A DNA stretch of 64,000 nucleotides from an uncultured Bacteroidales bacterium (GTDB lineage Bacteria > Bacteroidota > Bacteroidia > Bacteroidales > UBA12077). This document shows, piece by piece, positions 9,644 through 19,416 of the stretch (its first letter is position 1; every line of letters begins with the position of its first letter). Below the pieces are notes generated by a model. That model was not told the origin of the DNA. It ran no database searches and worked only from the letters and a program-made list of their open reading frames with translations. The translations under genes were made by a program, and so were the position numbers. The stretch spans positions 123,839-187,838 of the forward strand of contig CAZPDP010000001.1 of NCBI GenBank assembly GCA_964585385.1. Reading direction: 5' to 3'.

Positions 9644-10453
9644 TTAGTCAAAGGTGGCCAATTCCTCATATAAATTGACTTTGAAAGATTTAATTTCCCA
9701 ATCTTCCGGCTCAATAAGATCGGTAAGTGTGTTATATTGCCCAAATTGTATATTGTTTTGAATATTCGTGATTACTTTGAAATTTGCCGGACTGCTGTTT
9801 AACGATTCATAAAACCTTGCCAGGATATTATAACGAAGCCTCTGCTTTTCCAAAAATTCAGGAGTATCTGAAAATACTTTTTCAAAATGACGGAATCTTT
9901 GCTCAGCATTGTTTAACACCTTTTGAGCTAAATTATCCACGGGAACTTTTCTTAATAGGTATATTTCCGCGTATCTTAGTATACCGATGTATCCAAAAGC
10001 ATCTAAATCATCTGCTATTGATAGAATAGTCAACAATTGAATTGTATTTGAATTCAAAGAAACTGGATTATAGTTTTTCTTATCATCATGATGTTCAATT
10101 GCCTTTAGAATTTCTTTAAAATATGAAGTTTTTTTTAATGTATTCCTTTCGAAGTATTCTTCACATATTTCCCGGCTTTTTTTTCCGTGTTTTTCATCGC
10201 GTGTATACTTCATGCCTGAATCATGGAAATAAGATGCGATAATGAGTCCCTCTGTAAATTCCCTGGAAAATCTTATATTCATTTTAAGAGATAATGTATA
10301 GAGCAATTCTTTAGCAAAATACCAAACTCTTGCATGGTGTTTTTCATCATGGGAGGGTAATGTCCGGTGAGCAAAATTTTTTTTGCAAAAGGTAAAAAGC
10401 CTGGGTTTCCACCTGTTCTCAGTGGAGTCTATAATCTCATTGAAATTATGCAT
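9644..10453 (-). CDS. HD-domain phosphohydrolase family protein
   Basis: 'HDEKHHARVW' (H) and 'ASYFHDSGM' (HD) motifs at the spacing typical of HD-superfamily proteins. Confidence 0.6.
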   Translation of the reverse strand: MHNFNEIIDSTENRWKPRLFTFCKKNFAHRTLPSHDEKHHARVWYFAKELLYTLSLKMNIRFSREFTEGLIIASYFHDSGMKYTRDEKHGKKSREICEEYFERNTLKKTSYFKEILKAIEHHDDKKNYNPVSLNSNTIQLLTILSIADDLDAFGYIGILRYAEIYLLRKVPVDNLAQKVLNNAEQRFRHFEKVFSDTPEFLEKQRLRYNILARFYESLNSSPANFKVITNIQNNIQFGQYNTLTDLIEPEDWEIKSFKVNLYEELATFD

Positions 10454-10472
10454 CTTCTGTCTTTATGGAAAT

Positions 10473-10505
10473 AAAAAAGCAGAAAAGTTGGGCTTTTCTG
10501 CTTTT
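10473..10505 (-). terminator. Rho-independent terminator after the 86-aa gene
   Basis: Perfect 13-bp stem (AAAAGCAGAAAAG / CTTTTCTGCTTTT) with a T-run on the minus strand. Confidence 0.65.
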
Positions 10506-10525
10506 CATTGGTAGTATTTCCTACA

Positions 10526-10786
10526 TTAATTTTTTTGGCCTTCTTTTTCTTCTTCAGCAATTTTTAAGGCCATATTGAGTATTGTTGGGTCATCTATTGT
10601 AACAGCACCACCATCAGGGCCTGGTCCAAAATGGATACCTACGCTCTCACCTCTGTCGTAATTGGAACCACCAAAATAATTCCTAACGGTTTCTTCATTC
10701 ATTTCAAGTCTTTCTGCTATCTTTCTGATTCCGCCATGAGGCAGGCTGTCTTTGATTTTACGTAACTCATTGAATGTTATTGTCAT
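10526..10786 (-). CDS. Small conserved-looking protein, possible HTH DNA-binding
   Basis: 86 aa. 'GGIRKIAERLEMNEETVRNYF' looks like helix-turn-helix, followed by a Gly/Pro-rich segment. It has its own terminator. Confidence 0.35.
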   Translation of the reverse strand: MTITFNELRKIKDSLPHGGIRKIAERLEMNEETVRNYFGGSNYDRGESVGIHFGPGPDGGAVTIDDPTILNMALKIAEEEKEGQKN

Positions 10787-10971
10787 AGCAAAGTGGTTTT
10801 AATTTAAGAATCATATAAAATTAATAAATTTTTAACATAGTCTAAAATTTATTACCAGTTTTTTGAGCTATACTATGCCGGTTCTATTTATATTCAATGT
10901 TCTTTATTACAGATACTTAAATCTAAATTAAAAGGGCCTGTCAGGGTTTTTCACATTTTTTAACTTATAAA

Positions 10972-11838
10972 TTAGAAGAAATTTTTGAGCGACATTTTAT
11001 TGGGGGATTTTTGCAGCTTTTTTAGAGCTATTTTTTTAATTTGTCTTACACGTTCCCTTGATAATCCCATTCTATGGGCAATTTCTTCCATAGTTAATGG
11101 GTGTTTTTTATTCAGACCAAAGTAATATTCGATGATTAGTTTTTCCTGAATGGTTAGATTTCTGAGTGCAGCGTTTATTTCTGTGGTTAATGATTCTGAA
11201 ATAAGTCCTACATCAGGTGATGGCATATTGTTAATGTCAAGTAAATCATTGAGTCTTGTATCATTATCATCTGAATTTAATATAGGAACATCCAGAGAAA
11301 GAGGCCGGCTTTTTATTTTAGTAGCCACTTTGATATTTTCTTCTGATATTTCTGTCTGGCCAGATATTTCCTCATCGGTTGGTTCCCGCTGATATTTCTG
11401 CTCCAGCTCAAGTATAGCTTTATTAATCTTATTTACATTGGCAATCTTATTTAAAGGCAAACGGATTACTCTTGAATGCTCTCCTATGGCTTGTATTATG
11501 GCTTGTCTAATCCACCAAACAGCGTAAGAGATAAATTTAAAACCTCTGGTTTCATCAAATCTTTGAGCTGCCTTAATAAGTCCGAGGTTTCCCTCATTTA
11601 TTAAGTCCTGAAGGGTCAGCCCCCTGTTTTGATATTGCTTTGCCACTGATACGACAAATCGCAGGTTGGCTGTTACTAGCTTTTCTAATGCCTGCATGTC
11701 GCCTTTTTTGATTTTCCTGGAAAGCTCAACTTCTTCTTCAGGAGTAATTAACTCACATTTGCTAATATCCTGTAAATATTTATCTATTGCTCCATTTGAC
11801 CTGTCTGTAATTTGTCTTGTAATAACCAGTTGTTTCAT
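10972..11838 (-). CDS. rpoD: Primary RNA polymerase sigma factor (sigma-70/RpoD family, Bacteroidota sigma-A size)
   Basis: Start taken at the ATG at 11838 ('MKQLVITRQ', 288 aa). Region 2 reads 'NLRFVVSVAKQY...GNLGLIKAAQRFD...FISYAVWWIRQAI' and region 4.2 reads 'EIAHRMGLSRERVRQIK'. Confidence 0.9.
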   Translation of the reverse strand: MKQLVITRQITDRSNGAIDKYLQDISKCELITPEEEVELSRKIKKGDMQALEKLVTANLRFVVSVAKQYQNRGLTLQDLINEGNLGLIKAAQRFDETRGFKFISYAVWWIRQAIIQAIGEHSRVIRLPLNKIANVNKINKAILELEQKYQREPTDEEISGQTEISEENIKVATKIKSRPLSLDVPILNSDDNDTRLNDLLDINNMPSPDVGLISESLTTEINAALRNLTIQEKLIIEYYFGLNKKHPLTMEEIAHRMGLSRERVRQIKKIALKKLQKSPNKMSLKNFF

Positions 11839-11961
11839 GTATAAAATATTATTAAATGAAGGAATGGGGTAACACACTTGAAACCCATTTTTAATAGTTG
11901 CATTTCTCCTTAAGTATAAATCTTTTTAGCACCCCAATTATTTCAGAATTAGATAGGATTT

Positions 11962-12225
11962 TTAGTATTTCCTGTAAGTATTTCTTTTTGGCCTGGCAAT
12001 GTTGACCTTTATTCTTTTTCCATTTATTTCCCTGCTGTTCAGTCTTTCCAGGGCTTTTTTTGCATCTTCCTTATTTTCCATCTCTACAAAACCAAAACCT
12101 TTACTTGTATTGGTTTCTTTGTCTATGATAATTTTTGCTGATTTGACATCCCCAAATTCTTCAAAGAGTTTTTTTAGATCATCGTCATTTAAGTTGTAAT
12201 CTAAGTTACCTACATATAGATTCAT
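11962..12225 (-). CDS. RRM-type RNA-binding protein
   Basis: 87 aa with RNP2 'LYVGNL' and RNP1 'KGFGFVEM'. Confidence 0.9.
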   Translation of the reverse strand: MNLYVGNLDYNLNDDDLKKLFEEFGDVKSAKIIIDKETNTSKGFGFVEMENKEDAKKALERLNSREINGKRIKVNIARPKRNTYRKY

Positions 12226-12927
12226 AGTGAATTTTATTTATTGGTGGATTTTAGTATAGTGCGGAATTTATGGTTCATCTCAACGCTTTCAGGTATTATT
12301 GGCTTGCTGCATAAAAACGTAACAGTCAAAATTACGAATATTTTATCGTAAATGAAAATTTATTTTTTTATCACAATGATTCTAATAGTTTGAATACTAT
12401 TGTGTTATAGTCTGAATTAAGAATAGAAGTAAAATATCCGGGGATACTGCTACCAGAGTATCTTAAGGAGGAAGTAATGATATTACGTTCTAAATAGTGA
12501 CGTCTATTAAAAGAGATAGAAGAGTATTGATTGAGAATTTTAATTGAAGAGGCAGGAATACAGTATAGTACCTTATATTAATGATTTCTTTCTTTGATTC
12601 AATTATTTTGAGTATTCTTTCATTCAACTGAAAGCTTATTTGTATTTATTTTAATTTTGAGAAATGGAGATAATTAACTTATTCGTTATCAATGACTATA
12701 GAGTTTACATAGTTTTTGGCCATTCTCATTCTTTATAGAGAACAAATAATCTACTTCGCTGTAATACAACATGTAATGATTTCTATTTCAATTTGATTCC
12801 TTATTTATAATTTGTATATTTGAGAAAGGTTGCAATTGAGGTATTTATATTTATCACCGATATAGTCAGATGTAATAACTTTGTCTTATATCCTGACGTG
12901 TATTGATTATTAATGGTTTAATTACGG

Positions 12928-13644
12928 ATGAATTACCCCGTTGACATACAGATATCTTTTTTAACTTCTCCCAATCAACCCATAGAATTGATTATAGTTG
13001 TCTTGCTGATAGTCTATATAGGCTATTTACATTTTCTACTTTCAAAAAAAGGTATTCAAATGAAGCGTTTTCAGGAACGTCTCAATCTTTTCCAGAAAGA
13101 TATTGACAAATCCGTGGAAAAGGAACCCTCGAAATCAGCTGAAAAGCGTGATTTTTTACTGGATAAGGAAATTCTCGATTTCATATTTGAAAATGATAAA
13201 GCCCGTAAAATATTTGTTCATTATACCAAAGATAAGTCTGATGCAGATAAAATTCTGAAAGAAGGGTTTAAATTTATTGATTCATTTTACAAGACAGCAG
13301 AAGCGGTACGAAATGATGTTACAGATCTTCTCTACAAACACAACAGACATAAATCTTATGGAGATTATCTCATTGTAATTAGTATAGACAAGGATATATA
13401 TAATTATTATCTTAAACAAGCCGATAAGGTTTCTTCCTATGAGATTGTTGTAGAACAATTGCTTACTGAGAAGCCCCCTTATTTGAACGAAGACTCAGAA
13501 ATGGTTTACACTTTCCATCACAAATTTATTAAGGGCCATATCAACTATGTAAATGGCGAAATCACAGAAAATTCTGATTTCAACCCCACTTATAATTCAA
13601 ACCATTTTTACGAAAATCTCAAAAAGCTCACTTTCGGTGGTTAA
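12928..13644 (+). CDS. Hypothetical single-pass membrane protein (see ART-like finding)
   Basis: 238 aa. One TM helix ('LIIVVLLIVYIGYLHFLL'), then a charged linker and a ~145-aa soluble domain. No family recognised with confidence. Confidence 0.5.
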   Translation: MNYPVDIQISFLTSPNQPIELIIVVLLIVYIGYLHFLLSKKGIQMKRFQERLNLFQKDIDKSVEKEPSKSAEKRDFLLDKEILDFIFENDKARKIFVHYTKDKSDADKILKEGFKFIDSFYKTAEAVRNDVTDLLYKHNRHKSYGDYLIVISIDKDIYNYYLKQADKVSSYEIVVEQLLTEKPPYLNEDSEMVYTFHHKFIKGHINYVNGEITENSDFNPTYNSNHFYENLKKLTFGG

Positions 13645-13669
13645 TTATTTTATTTCTTCTATTGATACG

Positions 13670-14422
13670 TTAATCGATTAAATCTTTATTCCATTCTTCA
13701 GCAAAGTTGGGCTTTTCTCCATTCAGGATACTCACAAATGCCAGTAATGACTTTCGTGAATCGCCAACAGGATAATAGAAAGCATCCCAGTTTTCGCTGT
13801 CTTCGCCATCATGGTTGGGGAGAACATATTCAAAAAAATGGGCATCCTGTAATTCCCGATAAGCACTACCGGCTCTTCTCTCTATGTTTTCGAGGTCCTT
13901 CAGAGATAATTCTCCTTTTTGTTTTCTTGTTCTTCTTAAAAGTTTTCGGCGCATAACATCAGTGATTATTTTTTCCGGTTCTGAATTGGGATCCGTTTTA
14001 ATGGCTTTTATTTCTTCTTTTGACAGAGGTGCCATAAAAATGCTGAGACGGTCAATATCACTCAAGCTTTCATGTGTCTGAAGGGTTCTGCCGACAAAAG
14101 GATTTCCTTCAAAAAAGACATCTCCTTTATTCAGATTAGCTTTTAGCTCCTGAATATCCAGTGCTTGTAAATCTCCTCTAACATCCATGACAACATATCT
14201 TACCTGCGATTTTAATTTTTCAATATGTTTTCTCGGACGAAAATGGTAATCAATACCATCAATTTCTCCTGGTCTGGGTGAACGGCTATTATAAAGTACA
14301 ATATTTTTCAGTTTCTTTTTAAGTTCTGGATAAAAACGTCCCATAGCTTTTTCTAAAGGACTTTTTCCCACGCAGGAGGGTCCTGAAAGTATGACTAATC
14401 TTCCCATTTTTTTTGAATTCAA
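13670..14422 (-). CDS. Guanylate-kinase-like P-loop protein (divergent, C-terminally extended)
   Basis: 'LVILSGPSCVGKSPL' P-loop and 'SRSPRPGEIDGIDYHF' match the GMP-binding region of guanylate kinases. There are ~60 extra C-terminal residues. Confidence 0.55.
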   Translation of the reverse strand: MNSKKMGRLVILSGPSCVGKSPLEKAMGRFYPELKKKLKNIVLYNSRSPRPGEIDGIDYHFRPRKHIEKLKSQVRYVVMDVRGDLQALDIQELKANLNKGDVFFEGNPFVGRTLQTHESLSDIDRLSIFMAPLSKEEIKAIKTDPNSEPEKIITDVMRRKLLRRTRKQKGELSLKDLENIERRAGSAYRELQDAHFFEYVLPNHDGEDSENWDAFYYPVGDSRKSLLAFVSILNGEKPNFAEEWNKDLID

Positions 14423-14668
14423 TTTACTAAAACTTTAGGGCTTTATCAATTTAGGAGTTTTCCTTATTCACAATACAGTAATTGAAAAAAATATGAAATG
14501 AAGGAACATGTTACAGAACGGAATCTGGTGCTTAAAAGGGAATATTCGTGACGTTAAAAGTGAGTTCCTGTGCATGTATTGAATATTGCACAGATTATGA
14601 AATCGTTATGGTATTTTTTAAAGATTTAACACTGAATATTTGGGAATGTTATAAAATTGTTTTTATTT

Positions 14669-14684
14669 TTGAACGAACGTTTAA
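14669..14684. promoter_or_regulatory. Candidate TetR operator (imperfect 7-2-7 inverted repeat)
   Basis: TTGAACG-AA-CGTTTAA (one mismatch), ~85 nt upstream of the TetR ATG in the divergent intergenic region. Confidence 0.2.
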
Positions 14685-14768
14685 CCAAAAAATGTTTATT
14701 AAGCTTTCGGGCATTTATAATTATAAAGTTTATGACTGGCCAGTTAATTTTTTAAAAATGAATAAGTT

Positions 14769-15362
14769 ATGTCACCTAGAACAGAAGAACAATACAGGGA
14801 AATCAGGGAGGAAAAGAAGGCTTTAATAAGAGAAGCTGCCCTGGAGCTATTTGCTAAAGGTGGATATCACGCTACTTCTATAAGTAAGATTGCGGAAAAA
14901 GCAAATATCTCCAAAGGATTAATTTACAATTATTTTGACAGCAAAGAAGATGTTATAAAAGACCTGTTGGATGAAGGAATCCAGAGAATGTTGGGGGGGC
15001 TGGATATGAATAAAGATGGAATTCTCCAGAGAGAAGAAGTGGAGAATTATCTGAATGAGATATTTGATATTATTAAGGCCAATCCTGAATTTTGGAAGCT
15101 ATACTTTAGCGTATCCCTTCAGCCGGCTATATATAATCTGGTGAAGGAGAAGATTGAGGATTATACAATGCCTATTTTTAAAATGATTACCAATTATTTT
15201 AAAGAACAGGATCTGAAAAACCCGGAAACAGAAACAATGATTTTTGCAGCGCTATTAGATGGTATTGGGTTCCATTTTATTATGGATCCTGAGAATTACC
15301 CAATCGATAGGGTGAAAAAAATATTAATTGAACGATATGTCAAATTTTCTAAAACAATGTAA
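14769..15362 (+). CDS. TetR/AcrR family transcriptional regulator
   Basis: The N-terminal HTH 'GYHATSISKIAEKANISKGLIYNYFDSKE' is a classical TetR signature. Confidence 0.85.
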   Translation: MSPRTEEQYREIREEKKALIREAALELFAKGGYHATSISKIAEKANISKGLIYNYFDSKEDVIKDLLDEGIQRMLGGLDMNKDGILQREEVENYLNEIFDIIKANPEFWKLYFSVSLQPAIYNLVKEKIEDYTMPIFKMITNYFKEQDLKNPETETMIFAALLDGIGFHFIMDPENYPIDRVKKILIERYVKFSKTM

Positions 15363-15363
15363 A

Positions 15364-16134
15364 ATGAAACGCAAGAAATTTATATCATTTCAACTATTGC
15401 TTATTTTGATGATAGCTCCGTTCATGAGCCTGAGTCAAACTCTTAGTGCTAAAGAAATTATGAAGGAAGCGGAAGACCAATGGCAGGGCGAAGAGTCGAG
15501 TATTAGCCGAATGACTATGAAAATTGTTCGTCCTTCCTGGGATCGTACAATAAAGATGAAAAGCTGGATAAAAGGAAGAAAACATGCTCTTACGCTGGTA
15601 ACTGCACCTGCGAATGAAAAAGGGCAGACATTCCTGAAAAGAGAGAATAATATGTGGCATTGGATGCCTTCTATTGGACGACTTATAAAACTTCCTCCTT
15701 CCATGATGTCTGAAGGCTGGATGGGGTCAGATTATACGAATGATGATATGCTGAAAGAATCTTCCATAGTGGTTGATTATCATCACAAGCTAATAGGAGA
15801 GGAAGAAATCAATAAAACAATGTGTTATAAACTTGAATTGATACCTAAGGAAGAGGCAGCTGTAGTATGGGGAAAGGTACTTAAGTGGATATCCAAAGAC
15901 TATTTTCTTCAATTGAAATCAGAATATTATGATGAAGACGGTGAGCTCATCCGTACTGAAATTGCGGGCCAGGTAAAGGAAATGGATGGCAGGATGATAC
16001 CCACCCATGTGGAAATTATTCCGGAGGATGAAAAAGGTAAAAAGACCGTCGTTACTATGGAAGAAATTAAGTTTAACAGAGATATTCCGGATAGTTTCTT
16101 CTCCCAGCAAAACATGAAAAGAGTAAGACCTTGA
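15364..16134 (+). CDS. LolA-like outer-membrane lipoprotein-sorting family protein
   Basis: Start at the ATG at 15364 ('MKRKKFISF..' signal peptide), 1 nt after the TetR stop. 'WMGSDYTNDDM' and the overall pattern match what I recall of LolA-like (PF17131-type) proteins found beside FtsX/ABC genes. Confidence 0.6.
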   Translation: MKRKKFISFQLLLILMIAPFMSLSQTLSAKEIMKEAEDQWQGEESSISRMTMKIVRPSWDRTIKMKSWIKGRKHALTLVTAPANEKGQTFLKRENNMWHWMPSIGRLIKLPPSMMSEGWMGSDYTNDDMLKESSIVVDYHHKLIGEEEINKTMCYKLELIPKEEAAVVWGKVLKWISKDYFLQLKSEYYDEDGELIRTEIAGQVKEMDGRMIPTHVEIIPEDEKGKKTVVTMEEIKFNRDIPDSFFSQQNMKRVRP

Positions 16135-16151
16135 TCTAAAAAGATTCGAAG

Positions 16152-17375
16152 ATGAAAGAATATATAAAACTTGCGTGGAGAAATATTTGGCGTAATAAGC
16201 GCCGAACACTGATAACAACTGCTTCAATTTTCTTTGCTATATTTTTTGCATTGATTATGAGAGCTTTCCAGCTAGGTAGTTATGGGAATATGATAGATAA
16301 TGCTGTTCAGTTGTATACAGGCCACATTCAAATCCATGCTCGAGGGTACTGGGATAATAAAAGCATCAATAATACACTTGTATACAAAGATGAATTTTTC
16401 TCGAAAATAAAGCAGAATGAGAATGTCAGGCAGGTTGTTCCAAGGCTTGAATCTTTTGCCTTAGGTTCTTCCGGCCCAAAGACAAAGGGGGTATTGGTCA
16501 TGGGAATTGACCCTGCCAAACAAGATAAAATGTCAAAGCTTTCTGATAAGTTGATTACCGGAAATTACATTAACGAAGGAGATCAGAGCGTTTTAGTGGG
16601 AAAAACGCTTTCTGATTATCTTGAATTAGGTGTGAATGACACCATTGTTTTACTCAGTCAGGGGTTTCATGGTGCCACAGCTGCAGGAAAGTATAATGTA
16701 AAAGGGATTGTTAAGATACCTAAACCCGACCTGGATAATAAAATGGTATATCTGCCCCTTGAGACAGCACAGCAGATGTATATGGCTTATGACAGGTTAA
16801 CTACTTTATCGGTTAACCTGCATGATTATGATGAGCTAAATCAAACTGTTGAAACACTTGATAAAACTCTTGAGGACGATAAGTATGAAATAATGTCCTG
16901 GAAAGAGATAATGCCTGAAATGGTTCAGCAGATAGAGTCTGATAATGCAAGTGGATGGATCATGCTTGCCATTCTTTATATCATTATAGCATTTGGTGTA
17001 TTTGGCACTGTGATGATGATGATTGTTGAGAGGAAAAAAGAATTCGGAGTAATGATTGCTGTGGGCATGCATAAATTCAAACTATCCATAATCGTTGCTA
17101 TGGAGATGCTGTTTATTGGCTTGCTGGGACTGTTTAGTGGTATACTGGGTAGCATTCCGGTAATATTGTATTTACATCTTAATCCTATCCGGCTGACCGG
17201 GAAATTGGCAGAGACAATTGAAGTTTATGGTATAGAGCCTATTATGCCTCTTGCATGGGAGGTTGGTTATTTTGCTAATCAATTTTTTATTGTGGCCATT
17301 ATCGTAGTGGTCGCAATAATTTATCCGGTATACAGTATCAAAAAAATATCACCGGTAAAAGCTATGCGGGGTTAA
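16152..17375 (+). CDS. FtsX-like ABC transporter permease (MacB/LolE type)
   Basis: N-terminal 'WRNIWRNKRRTLIT' TM helix, a large periplasmic domain and a C-terminal FtsX 3-TM bundle. Confidence 0.8.
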   Translation: MKEYIKLAWRNIWRNKRRTLITTASIFFAIFFALIMRAFQLGSYGNMIDNAVQLYTGHIQIHARGYWDNKSINNTLVYKDEFFSKIKQNENVRQVVPRLESFALGSSGPKTKGVLVMGIDPAKQDKMSKLSDKLITGNYINEGDQSVLVGKTLSDYLELGVNDTIVLLSQGFHGATAAGKYNVKGIVKIPKPDLDNKMVYLPLETAQQMYMAYDRLTTLSVNLHDYDELNQTVETLDKTLEDDKYEIMSWKEIMPEMVQQIESDNASGWIMLAILYIIIAFGVFGTVMMMIVERKKEFGVMIAVGMHKFKLSIIVAMEMLFIGLLGLFSGILGSIPVILYLHLNPIRLTGKLAETIEVYGIEPIMPLAWEVGYFANQFFIVAIIVVVAIIYPVYSIKKISPVKAMRG

Positions 17376-17402
17376 TCTTTAAATCAATAAATACAAAAAG
17401 TT

Positions 17403-18698
17403 ATGATCTTTTCAATATCATGGAAAAATATTTGGAGAAACCGGATGCGCAGTCTAATTGTAATGATTGCCGTTACTATCGGTATGATCGGTGGTATTTT
17501 CTCCTCTGCTGTCTTTAAGGGTATGTCGGAAAGGAGGGTAGAGGAGGCGATTAAATATGAGGTTTCCCATATTCAGATACATCACCCTAAGTTTATGGAG
17601 AACCAGGAACTTGCTTATTCTATTCCTAATTCTGATAAAATGGCTGAGGAACTGGAGAATATGCCTGAAGTAAAATCAGTAAGTAAGCGCCTGGAGATAC
17701 CTGTAATGATAAAATCTTCTGCATCAGGTACTGGCGTTCAATTGCTGGGTATTAATCCGGACCACGAAAAAAGGGTTACAGCCATTAATAATGCGGTTTA
17801 TGATAGTGCTGGTGTTATTGAGAATTTAGGCTATACTGATGCAGAAAGAATAAAGAAATTTGTAGATGACAGTTGCGGCCATTATTTTGGAAAAGACACC
17901 CGTTACAAGCAGATTGTAATTGGGGAGAGCCTGGCTGAACAATTGAAAGTGGATATCAAATCCAAACTTGTAATAAATCTACAGACTGCCGATGGTAGCC
18001 TGACCGGTGGGGTCTTTCGTGTAGCCGGAATTTACAGGATTACAAACTCAGCATTTGAAAATACGGTTGCATTTGTTGATAAAAATGACCTGGCCTCTCT
18101 TCTGGGTTTGGAAGATGGCTCCACTCATGAAATAGCTATTAGATTGAATGAAGGTTACGACACGAAACCCTTCCTGGATAAACTAAAATCCAAATATAGT
18201 GATTTAAGCGTTATGTCATGGAAGGATATTCAGCCTGAGCTTGGTATGATTACTGAATTTATGGATGTAATGTTGTATTTTCTGATGGTAATTATACTGT
18301 TGGCCCTGGGATTTGGAATAGTTAATACCATGCTTATGGTCGTTATGGAGCGGGTTAAAGAACTGGGTATGCTGATGGCAATTGGAATGAACCGGGTAAG
18401 AGTATTCTCCATGATTATGCTCGAGACCATTTTTCTCTCTATAACAGGAGGAGTCATTGGGATGGTTCTGGCAGCTCTGTTAATTAAGTATTACGGGAAG
18501 GTCGGTATTGATCTTAAAGCTTTCTCCCAGGGTTTTGAGGCCGTTGGATATAATCCGGTTTTATACCCGGAAATAGGCATTGAGTTTTACCTGACCATTA
18601 CCGGCCTTATTATATTAACAGCCATAGTTGCTTCTGTTTACCCGGCTTTAAAGGCCTTGAAGCTCAAACCTGCAGAAGCTTTACGCATCGAAATTTAA
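17403..18698 (+). CDS. FtsX-like ABC transporter permease (second paralogue)
   Basis: Same architecture ('WKNIWRNRMRSLIV', a C-terminal FtsX bundle, 'YPALKALKLKPAEALR'). Confidence 0.8.
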   Translation: MIFSISWKNIWRNRMRSLIVMIAVTIGMIGGIFSSAVFKGMSERRVEEAIKYEVSHIQIHHPKFMENQELAYSIPNSDKMAEELENMPEVKSVSKRLEIPVMIKSSASGTGVQLLGINPDHEKRVTAINNAVYDSAGVIENLGYTDAERIKKFVDDSCGHYFGKDTRYKQIVIGESLAEQLKVDIKSKLVINLQTADGSLTGGVFRVAGIYRITNSAFENTVAFVDKNDLASLLGLEDGSTHEIAIRLNEGYDTKPFLDKLKSKYSDLSVMSWKDIQPELGMITEFMDVMLYFLMVIILLALGFGIVNTMLMVVMERVKELGMLMAIGMNRVRVFSMIMLETIFLSITGGVIGMVLAALLIKYYGKVGIDLKAFSQGFEAVGYNPVLYPEIGIEFYLTITGLIILTAIVASVYPALKALKLKPAEALRIEI

Positions 18699-18723
18699 AT
18701 TAAAGATTTAAAATAATTACGCC

Positions 18724-19416
18724 ATGAAAATATTAGATATTAGAAACGTGCATAAGATTTATAATGAAACAGAAGTCCAGGTACATGCAGTTAATGGAGT
18801 AAACCTTGAATTTGAGAAAGGAGAGTTCGCTGCTATCGTTGGTCCTTCCGGAAGCGGAAAAACAACTTTACTGAATATGATAGGTGGTCTGGATCAACCA
18901 ACTTCCGGGGAAATAATAGTGAACAATTCGAATATTGGAGATTTGAAACCATCAAAATTAATTGATTTCAGGATGCATAACATTGGTTTTGTTTTCCAGG
19001 CCTACAACCTGATTCCTGTTTTAACAGCCAAAGAAAATGTTGAATTCATTATGCATTTACAGGGCAGGCCCAGAAAAGAACGGGATGCCCGTGCTAAAGA
19101 ACTTCTGGAAGCTGTTGGTTTGGGAGACAGAGTGGACTCAAGACCCAGTAAGCTATCTGGTGGACAGCAGCAAAGGGTTGCTGTCGCACGAGCCCTGGCT
19201 TCCAAGCCTAAGTTTGTGCTGGCCGATGAGCCAACTGCAAACCTGGATTCTAAATCAACAGAAACTTTACTCGATATAATGGAAAGGCTGAATGAAGAGG
19301 AGCAGATTACGTTTGTTTTTTCTACGCACGATCAAAGGGTGGTAAAAAAAGCAAGGCGAGTCATAACGATTGAAGATGGTAAAGTAAAAGAAGATAAAGT
19401 ACCTGAAAAAGTATAA
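18724..19416 (+). CDS. ABC transporter ATP-binding protein (LolD/MacB-type)
   Basis: Walker A 'GPSGSGKTT', signature 'LSGGQQQRV' and Walker B 'FVLADEPT'. Confidence 0.9.
   Translation: MKILDIRNVHKIYNETEVQVHAVNGVNLEFEKGEFAAIVGPSGSGKTTLLNMIGGLDQPTSGEIIVNNSNIGDLKPSKLIDFRMHNIGFVFQAYNLIPVLTAKENVEFIMHLQGRPRKERDARAKELLEAVGLGDRVDSRPSKLSGGQQQRVAVARALASKPKFVLADEPTANLDSKSTETLLDIMERLNEEEQITFVFSTHDQRVVKKARRVITIEDGKVKEDKVPEKV

Noticed and set aside
12465-12496. Perfect Shine-Dalgarno AAGGAGG followed by a 6-codon mini-ORF (MILRSK*) in the long spacer. A second AAGGAGG lies 9 nt before the clpB ATG (38015-38021).
   Set aside because: A given 7-mer of this composition is expected about once or twice by chance in 128 kb of two-strand sequence. 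Bacteroidota rarely rely on SD pairing, so this is insufficient evidence for a leader peptide or special translational control.
14548-14826. 92-aa ORF spanning the TetR upstream region
   Set aside because: It has a GTG start, overlaps the TetR start in another frame and shows no motifs. The region is better explained as a divergent promoter and operator spacer.
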